A stretch of DNA of 64,000 nt from Squalus acanthias (taxonomy: Eukaryota): assembly GCA_030390025.1 (NCBI GenBank), contig CM059431.1, forward strand, positions 154,816,001 through 154,880,000. Reading direction: 5' to 3'. Below are positions 50,691-62,800 of this stretch, piece after piece. A program made the position numbers and the translations under genes. The notes under the pieces were generated by a model that worked only from the letters and a program-made list of their open reading frames with translations, was not told the DNA's origin and did no database searches. The stretch's first letter is position 1. Every line of letters starts with the position of its first letter.

Positions 50691-51233
50691 CTTCACCCTA
50701 TCGAGACACCATGGCTGAGAATCCGGAAGAGAACTCCTGGGGAACAAAAGATTCGCTCGATCGTTGTGACAAACTGGACGATGTAAACACCAAGCCCGAT
50801 GAACGAAGTGAACATTGGCACAAGGGACCAGTCTTAGAGACGTATGTCATTCCAGAAGGAATGTTTCCAGATACAGTCACTTTATTGACTAACAACGAGA
50901 GTCATAAAGAAAAGGAAGAAGTGGAGAGTATCCCTGCAGTAACTGACAGGAGCACCGCGACAGCTGATGACATTGATACATGTCAGAAAAAAGAAATGGA
51001 AGAAAGTGTTCCCGCTGGGACCGAATCTCTCGTCAATATATCTGTAAAGAACAGTCCTGTCAGTATCAAGCCTGAAATATTTCATCGTAATCAAGAGGAA
51101 AATGCTCCCAGGGAAACTCTGCTCAGCACGGATACTCACGGCACGAGCCCCACACACAAATTGCACGAAGATCGAAATCCACGGCTGCAAGAAAAAGAAG
51201 CCAGCGTTGATGACATACGTTTATACACATCCG
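50691..51233 (+). CDS. Acidic low-complexity exon, copy 2
   Basis: Open paralog of 49040-49600 with donor TCCG|gtgagt. The equivalent AG acceptor is lost; the nearest in-frame AG is at 50689-50690. ACCATGG at 50711. Confidence 0.6.
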
Positions 51234-51699
51234 GTGAGTTTACTCTTTTTGTTGAACTGATACAACAACAATTATTTACATTCAATCCAGTAAACCTCAA
51301 TATTGGGTGGGTCTCAGACCTACCCTTTTTGGCGCAGGGGTCGTTCCAGGCTGTAATTTTGAAGTCGTGTGAACTTGTAAAATGGGCGATAGCGAATGGA
51401 AAGTAGTAGCGAATGTAAATGGAAGTCAAAATCGGCAGAGATGTAAAAACGCCTGCCCAATCAAATCAGCACATTTAAATTTATCTCACAATTAGAAAGC
51501 CACAATTACAAACTCTGCCCCGTTTCCGGTTCGCGGAAACCGGCACGAGAACAATTCTAGGCCAGGGTAGATACATTAACTGAATGTACTTTAAGCCTTC
51601 ACCCTGCAGTGTGCTTATGATGATGCATCGACTGCATAGATTAACCTGCCGTGTATTAGATTACACCAGGGTACAGTTTAGTAGATCCATAAATCGAAT

Positions 51700-51790
51700 A
51701 AGTAGATTGACAGATGTAGATATTGATGAGAGTTAGACTGATAGACAGATAGACAGCGAAATAGGCAGACAGATAGATACATAGATATAT
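51700..51790 (+). repeat. Degenerate (GATA/GACA)n microsatellite
   Basis: gatagacagatagacag...agatagatacatagat. Confidence 0.6.
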
Positions 51791-51933
51791 TCAGAATGAT
51801 TAATTATTATTTGACTTTCCCTCTTCGTTTGATTACTAATTTCTTGCAGTGCAAAATATTTCTGTGTGCCTCGTCTACATAATGTCGTTTATTGCAGCTA
51901 TGCGATATTGTTTCTTCCACTTGTACTTTATAG

Positions 51934-52103
51934 TGGATGATATTTCTGGAGTTGTTCCAACTGTATCGACAGACGCTGACACTCAGGAATACAAAGACGC
52001 AGAATTGTACCGGCATAGAATACTTGAAGCTGATGAAGAATCTGTGACTGGTGTCAGGGCAAATCTACATCATGATAATATAATTACTCCGATAGATTCT
52101 GAG
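51934..52103 (+). CDS. Linker exon
   Basis: ttgtactttatag|TG acceptor and GAG|gtattt donor; 170 bp, phase 1 to 0. Encodes (V)DDISGVVPTVSTDADTQEYKDAELYRHRILEADEESVTGVRANLHHDNIITPIDSE. Confidence 0.65.
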
Positions 52104-53236
52104 GTATTTTTGACGTAAACGGAAATGGACCTATGTTACCCTACGGTATTTAAGACTTGACTTCTATGATTTATTTATAAGAAGTAGGTTTTACGCTTTC
52201 TCAGCTTTTCCTTGCTGAAGTAGGCGAGTTGCACTGCGGTATGGTTACACGGGTCACCGCTCCGAAATTTTATTTGAGGAAAAAGTAGGATTGCCGAGAA
52301 CCTCTTCCTTACCTAATTTCCTCTCGGGCGCGTATCAAACGCTAATTTTGACAGATTTGATTTTACCCCGAATCTAACCCAGAGGCCAGTCGGTGAACTG
52401 GATCCAGCAGTGCTCTGCAAGAGCAAAGACTTATTTTGCAAGAATTACGCTACATCCTGTTGGCCGAGTAACTAAGTAATCCCTTGGTCATGCCGCTGCC
52501 TCCAGGCCCAGCAGTTAGAATGCATCTGCTTCCACACCTCTAAACCCAACTCCTACAATGCATTTATAGCATCGCTTCCAAGCAGAAACTCGCATTGTAT
52601 CTGCACCATCGGCTCTTATCACTAACTGATATATTGCATTTTAATAGTCACTCCATCCGTTAAAACATTCTATTTCGCCGCCACTTTCCGACTTGCTTCC
52701 GGTTCTGTCATTCTTGTCTCTGTAACTTGGGGCCATGCGTCTCTTAGTTCGAGATTTAGTCTGAATGATTGGATTGGAAATGTACCTATGCTGCCAGCTT
52801 TGCTATGTCTATGGGATGTACATATATTGATTATGCTTCAACACGCCTGCTCTTGTTTGTGCAGCGATTCCAGCTCAGCTCGGCTCAGAGCTGCCTCATC
52901 AGTCGTGTCTGAATTTTACTTTACAAACTCATTTATCCCGATTACACAAGCACTTGCTTTCTTAAAGATAAAATCAGATTATGGGATCACCTCGGCTCCA
53001 TCTGTAATTAATTCACCTTATCAAACAACTTTATACCTTTTGTTGTTTTCGGGTTTTGTGATTATGATGGGCATCACGATATATTTCTTCCGTAACTAGC
53101 GTACCTCCGTCCTGGGGAATCACAAATAACATTGTCGGTTGCTGCACTGGCTGGGGAAATTTGTCTCTCATACAGTTCAGTAATCGGAAAGTCAGAGCGA
53201 TTGTATCTAATCTAATCATATTCTTACTATAAACAG

Positions 53237-53363
53237 AACCAACAAGAAAATGCTCCAACAGAACCATTGGTCAGCACGGATACTTACTGTGACATCAGCC
53301 TCCCACACACAGTAAATGAAGATCTAGGAGCCGGCAGATATGGTATAAGCACACACACATCGG
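53237..53363 (+). CDS. Linker exon, homologous to the 3' part of the acidic exons
   Basis: aaacag|AAC acceptor and TCGG|gtaag donor; 127 bp, phase 0 to 1. NQQENAPTEPLVSTDTYCDISLPHTVNEDLGAGRYGISTHTS aligns with NQEENAPRETVLSTDTYDVSPTHILNED...YTS. Confidence 0.75.
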
Positions 53364-53839
53364 GTAAGATTACTCTTACACTCGAACTGATATAGCCGCC
53401 AGTGTTTGTATGCAACCCAGTAAACCTCAGTTTTCAGTCTCTTCTCATTCAGTTGTGGATGCCGACTGATGTGAGACTGTTAACCCATCAACAACACCAA
53501 CAACAACGTGTATTTATACAGCGCGTTTAACGTAGTAAAACGTCCCATGGCATTCACAGGGATGTTAACTGTACCAGTGAGGTAAATTATAAGCTCAATG
53601 TTACAGAATGTTAAGAAATCACGTCTTGTCCCTCCGTCAAATTTTGCACTGAATCTTAGTTCAACCATGGCTATCCACTTGCTTTCTCCGATAAACTGTG
53701 ACGCCTGAAGAGTTGGTTAACTCGAGTCATCTAACAGACGGTCGATAAAGGTACCTCTGCAGTCCGCCACCAAATGAAAATTTTAAGAAACAAAACGTAC
53801 ATTTATTTAGTGCCAGTAACTTCGGTAGTAGTATGGAGA

Positions 53840-54440
53840 ATTGGATAGGTACTCACATTGACAGGATCTGATTAGTGGTGTCCCGCAGGGATCTGACTTG
53901 CAACCTCAACTATTCACATTATTTATTAACAACTTAGTTGATTGCATAGAAAGTCCTGCATCCAAATTTACTGATTAAACAAAGTTAGGCATCAGTGTAG
54001 CTGAAAGCAAAAATTGAGAAGAGATTAAGGGAATGTGCAAAATTGTGGCAAATGGATTTCAATGTTCACAAATGTGAGATCATCCTCTTCGGACCAAGAA
54101 AGGAGAGAACAGTTGCAGGGAAAAAGCTAGAATCCATTATTAAGGACGTGGTAACAGGGCACGTAGAAAATAATATTAGGATTGTGCTGAGTCAACACGG
54201 ATTTGTAAAAGGGAAATCGTGTTTTACAAATCTGTTAGAGTTTTTTGAGTTTGTAACTAGTAAAATAGTTAATGGGGAACCAGTGGTTGTGGTGCATTTG
54301 GATTTTCAGTAGACATTCGAAGTGGTGCCACGCAAAAGGTTATTAAACAAAATTAGGCTCATGGGATTGGGGGTAATATACTAGCATGGATAGAGGATTG
54401 GTTAACAGACAGAAAACAGAGAGTATGAATAAACGGAAAA
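53840..54440 (+). mobile_element. Two juxtaposed CR1 RT fragments
   Basis: GVPQGS/WQMDFN segment followed by an upstream SQHGFVKGKSC...LDFQ segment, so the order is scrambled. Confidence 0.7.
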
Positions 54441-54903
54441 TACGGCCAATAACTTCTTATACCATACTGACCGTTTGTGAAAGCCTCCTCCTCATCTACC
54501 AATTCCTCTCTGGTCTCTCGCATTTTTTCTCTGTATTCTTCTTCGCATTCCTTCTATTACACTCCTAACCCTACTCTCCCTTTGCTGTGGTAAACAGTGT
54601 ATGTTTTTTCTGCTCCGGAATGCAGCTGCAAATTCAGCTAAACTGGCTGGATCTTCATTCCTATAGCCTCCATTTCACTACTTCTTGCTTACTGTAAAAA
54701 GTCACCAAATGTTGCAAGTTCTGGGCCAATTCTCTTAACTCTACCAAAAATAGGCAGCGTTAATGCTGATCCCTCCTATGCGCAGCGCCACAGGCCCTGC
54801 TACTGCACTAAATACACACTGTTGCTATAGCAGTCAGTTCAGAGTATTCATTGTGCTATAGAGGACACTATGTATTAATCTTTCCTCATTTCCACCCTGA
54901 CAG

Positions 54904-55073
54904 AACTTTTTGATACTAAAATCTTACTAATCTTGGCGAGCTACACTGATATCCAGCTACGCAGCATCATCGAGTGCTACGGTCAGAGACTAGAACATTC
55001 AATTGAAGAATTCGTGGAGGACGTCAGTCATTCGCTCTTGGAAGCAAACGTGTTTACTGAAACAGATCATAAG
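54904..55073 (+). CDS. Exon, first half of CARD-like module, copy B
   Basis: ctgacag|AA acceptor and AAG|gtatg donor; 170 bp. Encodes (E)LFDTKILLILASYTDIQLRSIIECYGQRLEHSIEEFVEDVSHSLLEANVFTETDHK. Confidence 0.85.
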
Positions 55074-55092
55074 GTATGCTACATATATATTG

Positions 55093-55400
55093 ATGTGGAG
55101 ATGCCGATGTTGGACTGTGGTGGACTAATGTGAGAAGTCGCACAACACCAGGATATAGTCCAACAGCTTTATTTGAAATCACAAGCTTTCGGAGCGCTGC
55201 TCCTTCGTCAGGTGAAGTGAAGAGATGCATATAGGCACAGCATATATAGTCAGAGAACACTGCCAGATGATTACAGTTAATCTTACCAACTGCCCTTTAT
55301 CACACCTCGGCAGAGAGATAATCAAGGCAATCAAAGGTGTGGATGGTGTCGAAACAGGTCAGTCAGGAAAACATTACATCAAAGACAATGTGGAAGATGC
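55093..55400 (-). mobile_element. Penelope-like terminal-repeat fragment
   Basis: Minus strand cacctgacgaaggagcagcgctccgaaagcttgtgatttcaaataaagctgttggactata...ggtgttgtg, typical of Penelope termini. Confidence 0.65.
55178..55216 (-). ncRNA. Minimal type-I hammerhead ribozyme motif
   Basis: UCAC-CUGACGA-A-GGAGC agc GCUCC-GAAA-GC-UU-GUGA: conserved core, 5-bp stem II, palindromic AAGCUU stem III, stem I UCAC/GUGA. Confidence 0.7.
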
Positions 55401-55767
55401 TGGGGTCTGCATGGAAAACAAAAAACTTTTCTAACCTCTTCCAGCTCAACCCCCCGTGATCTCTGCGCTCGTCCAATTCTGGTCTTTTGCGCATCTCCGA
55501 TTTTCTGCATGCCACCATTGGCAGCAGTGCCTTGAGCTGCCTCGGCCCTAAGCTCTGGAATTCACTCACTAATGCTCACCGGCTCTCTGCCATACTCTCC
55601 TAATTTAAGGTGCTGCTAAAAACTTACCTAGTTGACAAAGATTTTGCTCAACTGATTGTGAGCTTTGCTGTGCATTCCTCTTATAAAGAGAGGGAGAAAG
55701 AAAACAAATGTTTCAAAGCTGATTTTGCAAATTACTTGGTTCAATATGATTGCAATATATTTTTTAG

Positions 55768-55966
55768 GAAATCAGAAAATGTTCTGAAAGTCAGCGCAGA
55801 AATGATGCCTCCCAACTCATTTTCCATACCGTTCTGGAAAAGGGAGCTCGGGGCGGGAGAACAATGTGGAACATATTTCTTCAACTGCAGAATACCAATC
55901 CCGAGCTGAAAGCAACTTTGTTAGAGATACAGAACAGAGGTACAGGTGTAGAAAACTTTCTAGAAG
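55768..55966 (+). CDS. Exon, second half of CARD-like module, copy B
   Basis: ttttttag|GAA acceptor and GAAG|gtaggt donor; 199 bp. Encodes EIRKCSESQRRNDASQLIFHTVLEKGARGGRTMWNIFLQLQNTNPELKATLLEIQNRGTGVENFLE. Confidence 0.85.
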
Positions 55967-56244
55967 GTAGGTGATGACCAAATCTAATTGCAAAATATCT
56001 TGTTCATTATTTGTGTGGAGTAACTTATTTTAAGTTAATGCCCGTGAGAATGACATTCTAAATGGGCGGGGACACCAAACAGGCGGAATCGTATTTGCCG
56101 ACAGTTACAACACACGCCCGATATTCAGCGCAATTCAAGTTTATTCGGGCGCAGCATATATCGCTTGTGATGGTTGCGATACCGCTTGTGTTTTGTCCTC
56201 GCCTAAAAGCGGCCGGTATTACAGCTGCTGCCCGTTGTGCGCTC

Positions 56245-56882
56245 GGCCCGATATTCCCTTCCGTGGATTTCAAATAACTGCATAGGCTGCACTGTGCCCG
56301 CCAAGAGACGGCAATCAGTGAAATCTCTCAATCAGGGAACCTGATTAACTCTTCGGCTCTTCCAATATAATTGCGTTCTTAAATTCCGCACTAAAAGTTC
56401 GACTCAAAGGGATTGGATCTAACTGGGTTTCAACAGTCTACTGACTTCTAAACAAAAGTTATTGGCCTGAAAATCTAAATTTAATTTTGTGCAGTGTCAA
56501 TTTTATTCATTTTAATAAACATTAACATTTTTAAGAAAATGTAATTGTTTCATAAGTTTTTTCCTCCTTATTTCTGGTTTGAATTTTCCCCATGTGCCAG
56601 CCCCAATGTTTGTTTTGTTCCGATAACATTTTTGATGTTTAAGAGCTTACTCACTTCCTTTTTCGCTGTCTGTGAGAATTCGGCGCTTTGATTATCTGCT
56701 TAGGCAGCATGTTGACGTCACAGCAGCTTGCACTCGGGGATCCGCCATGTTCCTTCGTTGATAAAATTGAGCTTCGGAAAACCTGAACTTCTCCACACAG
56801 AGATTGCGTGATCTTTCTTTGAAGCTTACTTTCGGGCCACAGCAAACACCTTTGCTTCACCGCTGATCGCAAATATCCGGCC
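56245..56882. mobile_element. Possible old Harbinger-type MITE
   Basis: GGCCCGATATT ... AATATCCGGCC inverted ends and an AT-rich core; no TSD seen. Confidence 0.4.
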
Positions 56883-57986
56883 ATTCTTTATTTAATAGTG
56901 GTATCTCTCAGGCCTTTCTACTATAATCCCTCTACATTTTAGATCCAGAAACATTCAATTATGAATCCGACCAGCTATTGTCATGTTTCAGGAATGGTAT
57001 TAGAGATTCTCTTAATATTTTAATTAGATATCAATACATATTTTCCCAATGGTGTGTTCTTGTAATTGGTGTATTGGTATCTATAAAATCTATTGTGATT
57101 ACCTTTAGCTTCACAGTATTTCAATCTCTCAATTCTGTATCCCATTTTAGATTTCCAAGAAAGGAGAGAGCTTCCATTTATTATTTCATTCTTTAAATGT
57201 CTGTACATTATTTATCAGCTCTTTAGGAAAACAAGCAAAAGTCAGGACTATTTCTAATTGCTCAGCAGTATCTGGTGAATCCAAGCAATAAATTTCAACC
57301 TAGCGTCTCAGATCACCGTCCGCAACTATTACATGTTAATTTTCTGGATATATGTTAACATATAAATATTTGCTCCTGCTTTATCCAGGCTTTTCGGAGA
57401 TTTAGACTCAATTGCTCAAACGACCATTGTGCACTACCTGTTAGAAACTCCAGAGCTCGACTGCTTCAATTCCAAAGTTCACCCTCATTTTCAATTATCC
57501 GTAATCCCCTTCATCAGTGACCTACATTCACTTGCTATCCCAGACAATTTGTGAAATAATCCTACTCATCCACATTTCCCATTACGGTCTCGAGCGTCTT
57601 AGCTCTACAGTCTCCTGCAGATGCCCTCCCATAACTCTTGTCCATCCTCTCACTTTGCTGTGGTCCCCAGATTATTGGTTCTCCTGCTCCGGACACCAAT
57701 AAAGTCTTCAGCACCACTGGAAGGATTCCCGTTGCGATGGGCCTCCACATTTACTTTCTACTTACTTTAAACAACCTCCACAAGTTGCAAGATCTAGGTC
57801 GTTTCTCTTAACTCTACAAAAAAGAGGCAGCTTAAATTCTGAATTCCTGCTCTGTGAGGCGACACTGGCCGTCTGACTGCTTGAAAGGCTCTAAAGAAAC
57901 GCTGCTGCTCGAAAAGTTAGTTCAAAATATTCATTGTGTGGAAGCACGAACTGAATTTCAACCTTTTCCCATTTACACCTTGACAG

Positions 57987-58156
57987 GAAATTCAGATACT
58001 AAAATATTACTAATGTTGGCGAGCTGCACGGATATCCAACTGGGAAGAATTATCGGTTTCTCCCGTCAGAGATTGGAACAGTCAATTGAAGATTTCGTGG
58101 AAGCTGTTAGTCAGTCGCTCTTAAATGCCAACGTGTTTACTGAAACAGATCATGAG
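57987..58156 (+). CDS. Exon, first half of CARD-like module, copy C
   Basis: ttgacag|GA acceptor and GAG|gtatg donor; 170 bp. Encodes (G)NSDTKILLMLASCTDIQLGRIIGFSRQRLEQSIEDFVEAVSQSLLNANVFTETDHE; phase matches the 55966 donor. Confidence 0.85.
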
Positions 58157-58214
58157 GTATGCTATATATAAGTTGGAATCGTATAATGTTAAATGAGTCA
58201 TACGATTGACTGTT

Positions 58215-58879
58215 CACAATCTTCTTTTTCTTTCGCTTGGTCGTACAAAGCAAATTAAATGTCAATATCTAATTCAGATATGCAGGACAAAGCTTCAGGT
58301 GTTACAGCGTGGATATCTTGTAGGCTGCATGTGAATTTCATATGAGGGCAGACCTCAATGATGTGCTCCAGGGTCTGATTAGGTGCTCCACAGTCGCACG
58401 ATCTGAATGCTTTAATCTTCTATCTAGGGAGAAGTTGGCAGCTTCTACCATGTCCAGTTCTGAGGCGGTTGCTGGTTGTCCACTGTTTGCGAGGAAGGTT
58501 TGATCCTTTAGGGGTCCTTTATAAGGTCTCCATTCCGTATGTCACAGTTCTTCCAATCATTTTGTCATCTGTCATCAAGGCTGAGGGGAGATCGCTGAAG
58601 GGCTTCAGCGACTGTCCAATAAGACCTTCTAGATTTGAGTCGGGTTGTTGGTACCTTGTTTTAAGTTGGCCTGGATCGGCATGTTTTTGCTGGTGTAGCG
58701 GTTGTATTCTCTGGGATGATAACTTGAATGATGACAGCCTCTTCATGGGCCACCCTTTTACGTGATCATAGATTACAACTAAAGTCGTCTCAAAAGACAC
58801 CAAACTTGTCATTAAATTAACGTCCCGGTGACAGTAGCAAAGTAAGCAAATCGAACGGACGTCTCCAGAACCAAAGAAA
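58215..58879 (-). mobile_element. Vingi/Ingi-like LINE 3' fragment
   Basis: Minus strand LPRKQWTTSNRLRTGHGR...SCDCGAPNQTLEHIIEVCP (CCHC knuckle); ACTGTT at both flanks; absent from the paralogous intron after 1741. Confidence 0.7.
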
Positions 58880-59154
58880 ACTGTTTGGAATAAATGTATT
58901 CCGTGCAATCCAATGATATAAACAGTAAGCTAAAATCTACTAGTTTAACCTCAATAATGACATTGAACTACTTGTCCGGTGCTAATGTAAACGACAATTG
59001 AAATGCTCTTCTGCGATATCTCACTTGTATTTTTATTTCTGAAATTTTCAATCAATGCATTACATAATAACAGAACAGCATCTCATGATATAATCGCGAG
59101 TTCATTGTGGCAGCATTCGAGGCCCAAATATCGTCAGCTGCTACATCAGTGAAC

Positions 59155-59895
59155 TTTTTTTTATTCATTTATGGGTTGTGGGGGTCGCTGGCAAAGCCAG
59201 CATTTATTGCACATCTCTAATTGCCCTTGAGTAGGTAGTGGTGAGCCGCCTTCCTGAACCGCTGCAGTTCGTGTGGTGAAGGTTCTCCCACAGTGCTGTT
59301 AGAGAGTGAGTTCCAGGAATTTCACCCAGCGACGATGAAGCATCGACGATATATTTCTAATTAAGGATGGTGAGTGACTTGGATGGAAACTTGTAGGTGG
59401 TGGTGTTCCCATGCGCCTATTGCACTTGTTCTTCTTGGTGGCAGAGATCGTGGGTTTGGGAAGTGTTGCCAAGGAAGCCTTAGTGAGTTGTAGATGGTAT
59501 ACACTGCAGCCACGGTACGCCGGTGATGGAGTGAGTGAATGTTTTGTTTGATGGATTGGGTGCCAATCAAGCGGGATCCTTTGTCCAGGAAGGTGTCGAG
59601 CTTCTTCAGTGTTGTTGGAGCAGCACACATCCAGGGAAGTGGAGAGTATTCCATCAAACTCCTGACTTGTGCGTCGTAGATGATGGAAATGATTTGGGGA
59701 ATCAGGAGGTGAGACACTCGCCGCAGAATGCCTAGCCCCTGACCTGCTCTTGTTACCACAGTATTTATGTGATTGGTCCAGTTAAGTTTCTGGTCAATGC
59801 TGATCCTCAGTATTTTGATGGTGGGGGATTCGGTGATGGAAATGCAGCTGAATGTCAAGGGGCGGTGTTTTAGACTCTTGCTTGGTGGAGATAGT
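59155..59895 (-). mobile_element. LINE 3' fragment (FADDCT family)
   Basis: DQKLNWTNHIN...AQVRSLMEYSPL...HSLHHRRTVAA. Confidence 0.8.
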
Positions 59896-62800
59896 ATAGA
59901 AGCATAGAAGCATAGAAGGTAGGAGCAGGAGTAGGCCATTCGGCCCCTCGAGCCTGCTCCGCCATTCGATGAGATCATGGCTGATCATCTAAACTCAGTA
60001 CCCTGTAACTGCCTTCTCCCCATATCCCTTGATACCTTTAGCTTTAAGAAATATATCTAACTCATCCTTGAATATATTTAATGACTTCGCCTCAACTACC
60101 TTCTGTGGTAGAGAATTCCACATGTTCACCACTCTCTGGGTGAAGAAATTCTTCCTCATTTCTGTCCTAAATGGTTTACCCGTTATCCGTAGATTATGAC
60201 CCCTGGTTCTGGACTCTCCGACCATCGGGAACATTCTTCCTGCATCTAGTTTGTCCAGACCTGTCAGAATTTTATATGTTTCGATGAGATCCCCTCTCAT
60301 TCTTCGATACTACAGTGAGTATAAGCCCAATCGACCCAATCTCTCCTCATATGTCATTCCTGCCATCTCAGGTATCAGCCTTGTGAATCTTCGCTGAACT
60401 CCTTCCATGGCAAGAACATCCTTCCTCAGATAAGGCGACCAAAACTGCACACAGTACTCAAGGTGTGGTCTCACCAAGGCCCTGTACAACTGCAGCAGGA
60501 CATCCCTGTTCCTATACTCAAACCCTTTCGCTATGAAGGCCAACATACCATTTGCCTTCTTCACCGCCTGCTGCACCTGCATGCTTACTTTCAGCGACTG
60601 GTACACAAGGACACCCAGGTCTCGTTGCACTTCCCCTTCTCCCAATCTATTGCCATTCAGATAAACATCTGCCTTTCTGTTTTTGACACCAAAGTGGATA
60701 ACCTCGCACTTATCCACGTTATATTGCATCTGCCACGCTTCTGCCCACTCACCCAACCTGTCCAGATCATCCTGGAGTTTCTCGCTATCCTACTCGCTGC
60801 ACACACTCCCACCCAGCTTTGTGTCATCTGCAAACTTGGAGATATTACATTTAATTCCCTTATCTAGATCATTAATGTATATTGTGAATAGCTGGGGTCC
60901 AAGGACCGATCCCTGCGATACCCCACTAGTCACTGCTTGCCACTCAGAAAAAGACCCATTAATTCCTACTCTCTGCTTTCTGTCTGCCAACCAGTTCTCT
61001 ATCCAAGTCAATACCTTGCCCCCAATTCCATGTGCCTTAACTTTACCCGCTAATCTCTTCTGCGGGACCTTATCGAAAGCCTTTTGAAAGTCCAAATACA
61101 CCACATCTACTGGTTCTCCCTTATCTATTTTCCAAGTTACATCCTCAAAAAATTCCAGTAGATTAGTTAAGCACGATTTACCTTTTGTAAATCCATGCTG
61201 ACTTTGTCCGATCCTGTCACTGTTTTTCAAGTGCTCAGCTATTACTTCCTTTATAATGGAATCTAGCATTTTCCCCACTACCGATGTCAGGCTTACCGGT
61301 CTGTAATTCCCCGCTTTCTCTCTACCACCCTTTTTGAATAGTGGGGTAACATTAGCTACCCTCCAATCCATGGGTACAGTTCCAGATTCCATCGAATGTT
61401 GGAAGATGATCAGCAATGCATCTACTATTTCTAGGGCCACTTCCTTAAGTAAACTAGGATGTAGATTATCAGGCCCTGGGGATTTATCGGCCTTCAATAC
61501 CGTCAATTTCCCTAACACCATTTCCTTGCAAATACTGATTTCTTTCAGTTCCTCCCTTTCATCAGACCGTATTTTCTCCAACATCTCTGGGAGGTTATTT
61601 GTGTCCTCCTTTGTGAAGACAGAACCAAAATATGCATTTAATTGGGCTGCCATTTCTTTCTTCCCCATTAAAACTTCCCCCGCTTCTGACTGCAAGGGAC
61701 CTGCACTTGATTTCACTAATCTTTTTCTCTTCACATATCTATAAAAGCTCTTACAGTCAGTTTTTATGTTCCCAGCAAGCTTACTTTCATATTCTATTTT
61801 CCCCTTCTTAATTAATCCCTTTGTCCTCCTTTGTTGAATCCTAAACTGCTCCCAATCCTCAGGGCTACCGCTTGTTCTGGCCAATTTATATGTCCTCTCC
61901 TTGGATCTTATGCTATCCCTAATTTCTCTTGTTAGCCACGGTTGAGTCACCCTTTTTGTTTTATTCTTATGCCACACTGGGATGTACAAATGCTGTAGTT
62001 CAACCATGCAGTCTTTGAATGTTTGCCATTGCCTATCCACCGTCAACTCCTTGAGTGACATTCCCCAATCAATCCTACCCAATCCCGCCTCATACCATCG
62101 TATTTTCCTTTATTTAAATTTAGGACCCTAGTCTCTGATTCAACTACTTCACTCTCCATCCTAATGAAGAATTATATCATATTATGATCACTCTGACCCA
62201 AGGGGCCTCTTACAACAAGAATGCTAATTAATCCTTTCTCGTTGCATAATACCCAGTCTAAGATGGTCTGATCTCTGGTTGGTTCCTCGACATATTGTTC
62301 CAGAAAACCATCTCGTAAACATTCTAGGAATTCCTCCTCCACAGTATTTTTACTAATTTGGTTAGCCCAATCTATATGTACATTAAAGTCACCCATGATG
62401 ACTGCTGTGCCCTTACTGCATGCTTCTCTAATTTCCCTTTTAATGCCGTCCCCAACCTCCGTATTACTGTTTGGAGGTCTATATACCACTCCCACTAACG
62501 TTTTCTGCCCCTTGTTATTTCTCAGTTCTACCCATACAGATTCCGCATCATCAGAGCTAATATCCTTCCTTTCAATTGTGTTAATCCCATCTTTAACCAG
62601 CAATGCTACCCCACCTCCCTTTCTTTTTTGCCTAACTTTCCTAAATATTGAATAAACCTGGATGTTGAGTTCCCAGCCTTGGCCACCCTGGAGCCATGTT
62701 TCTGTAATCACAATCAAATCGTATTCATTTACCTCTATTTGCGCAGCTAATTCATGCACCTTGTTCCGAATGCTCCTTGCATTAAGACACAAAGCCTTCA

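Larger units (their letters stand above)
48050..51570 (+). repeat. Tandem segmental duplication, ~1.6-kb unit x2 plus a partial third
   Basis: Homologous unit starts at about 48050, 49663 and 51296 (caatat.gggtgg...tgtaaaatg.gcga.agcgaat). Each full unit contains one acidic exon. Confidence 0.9.
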
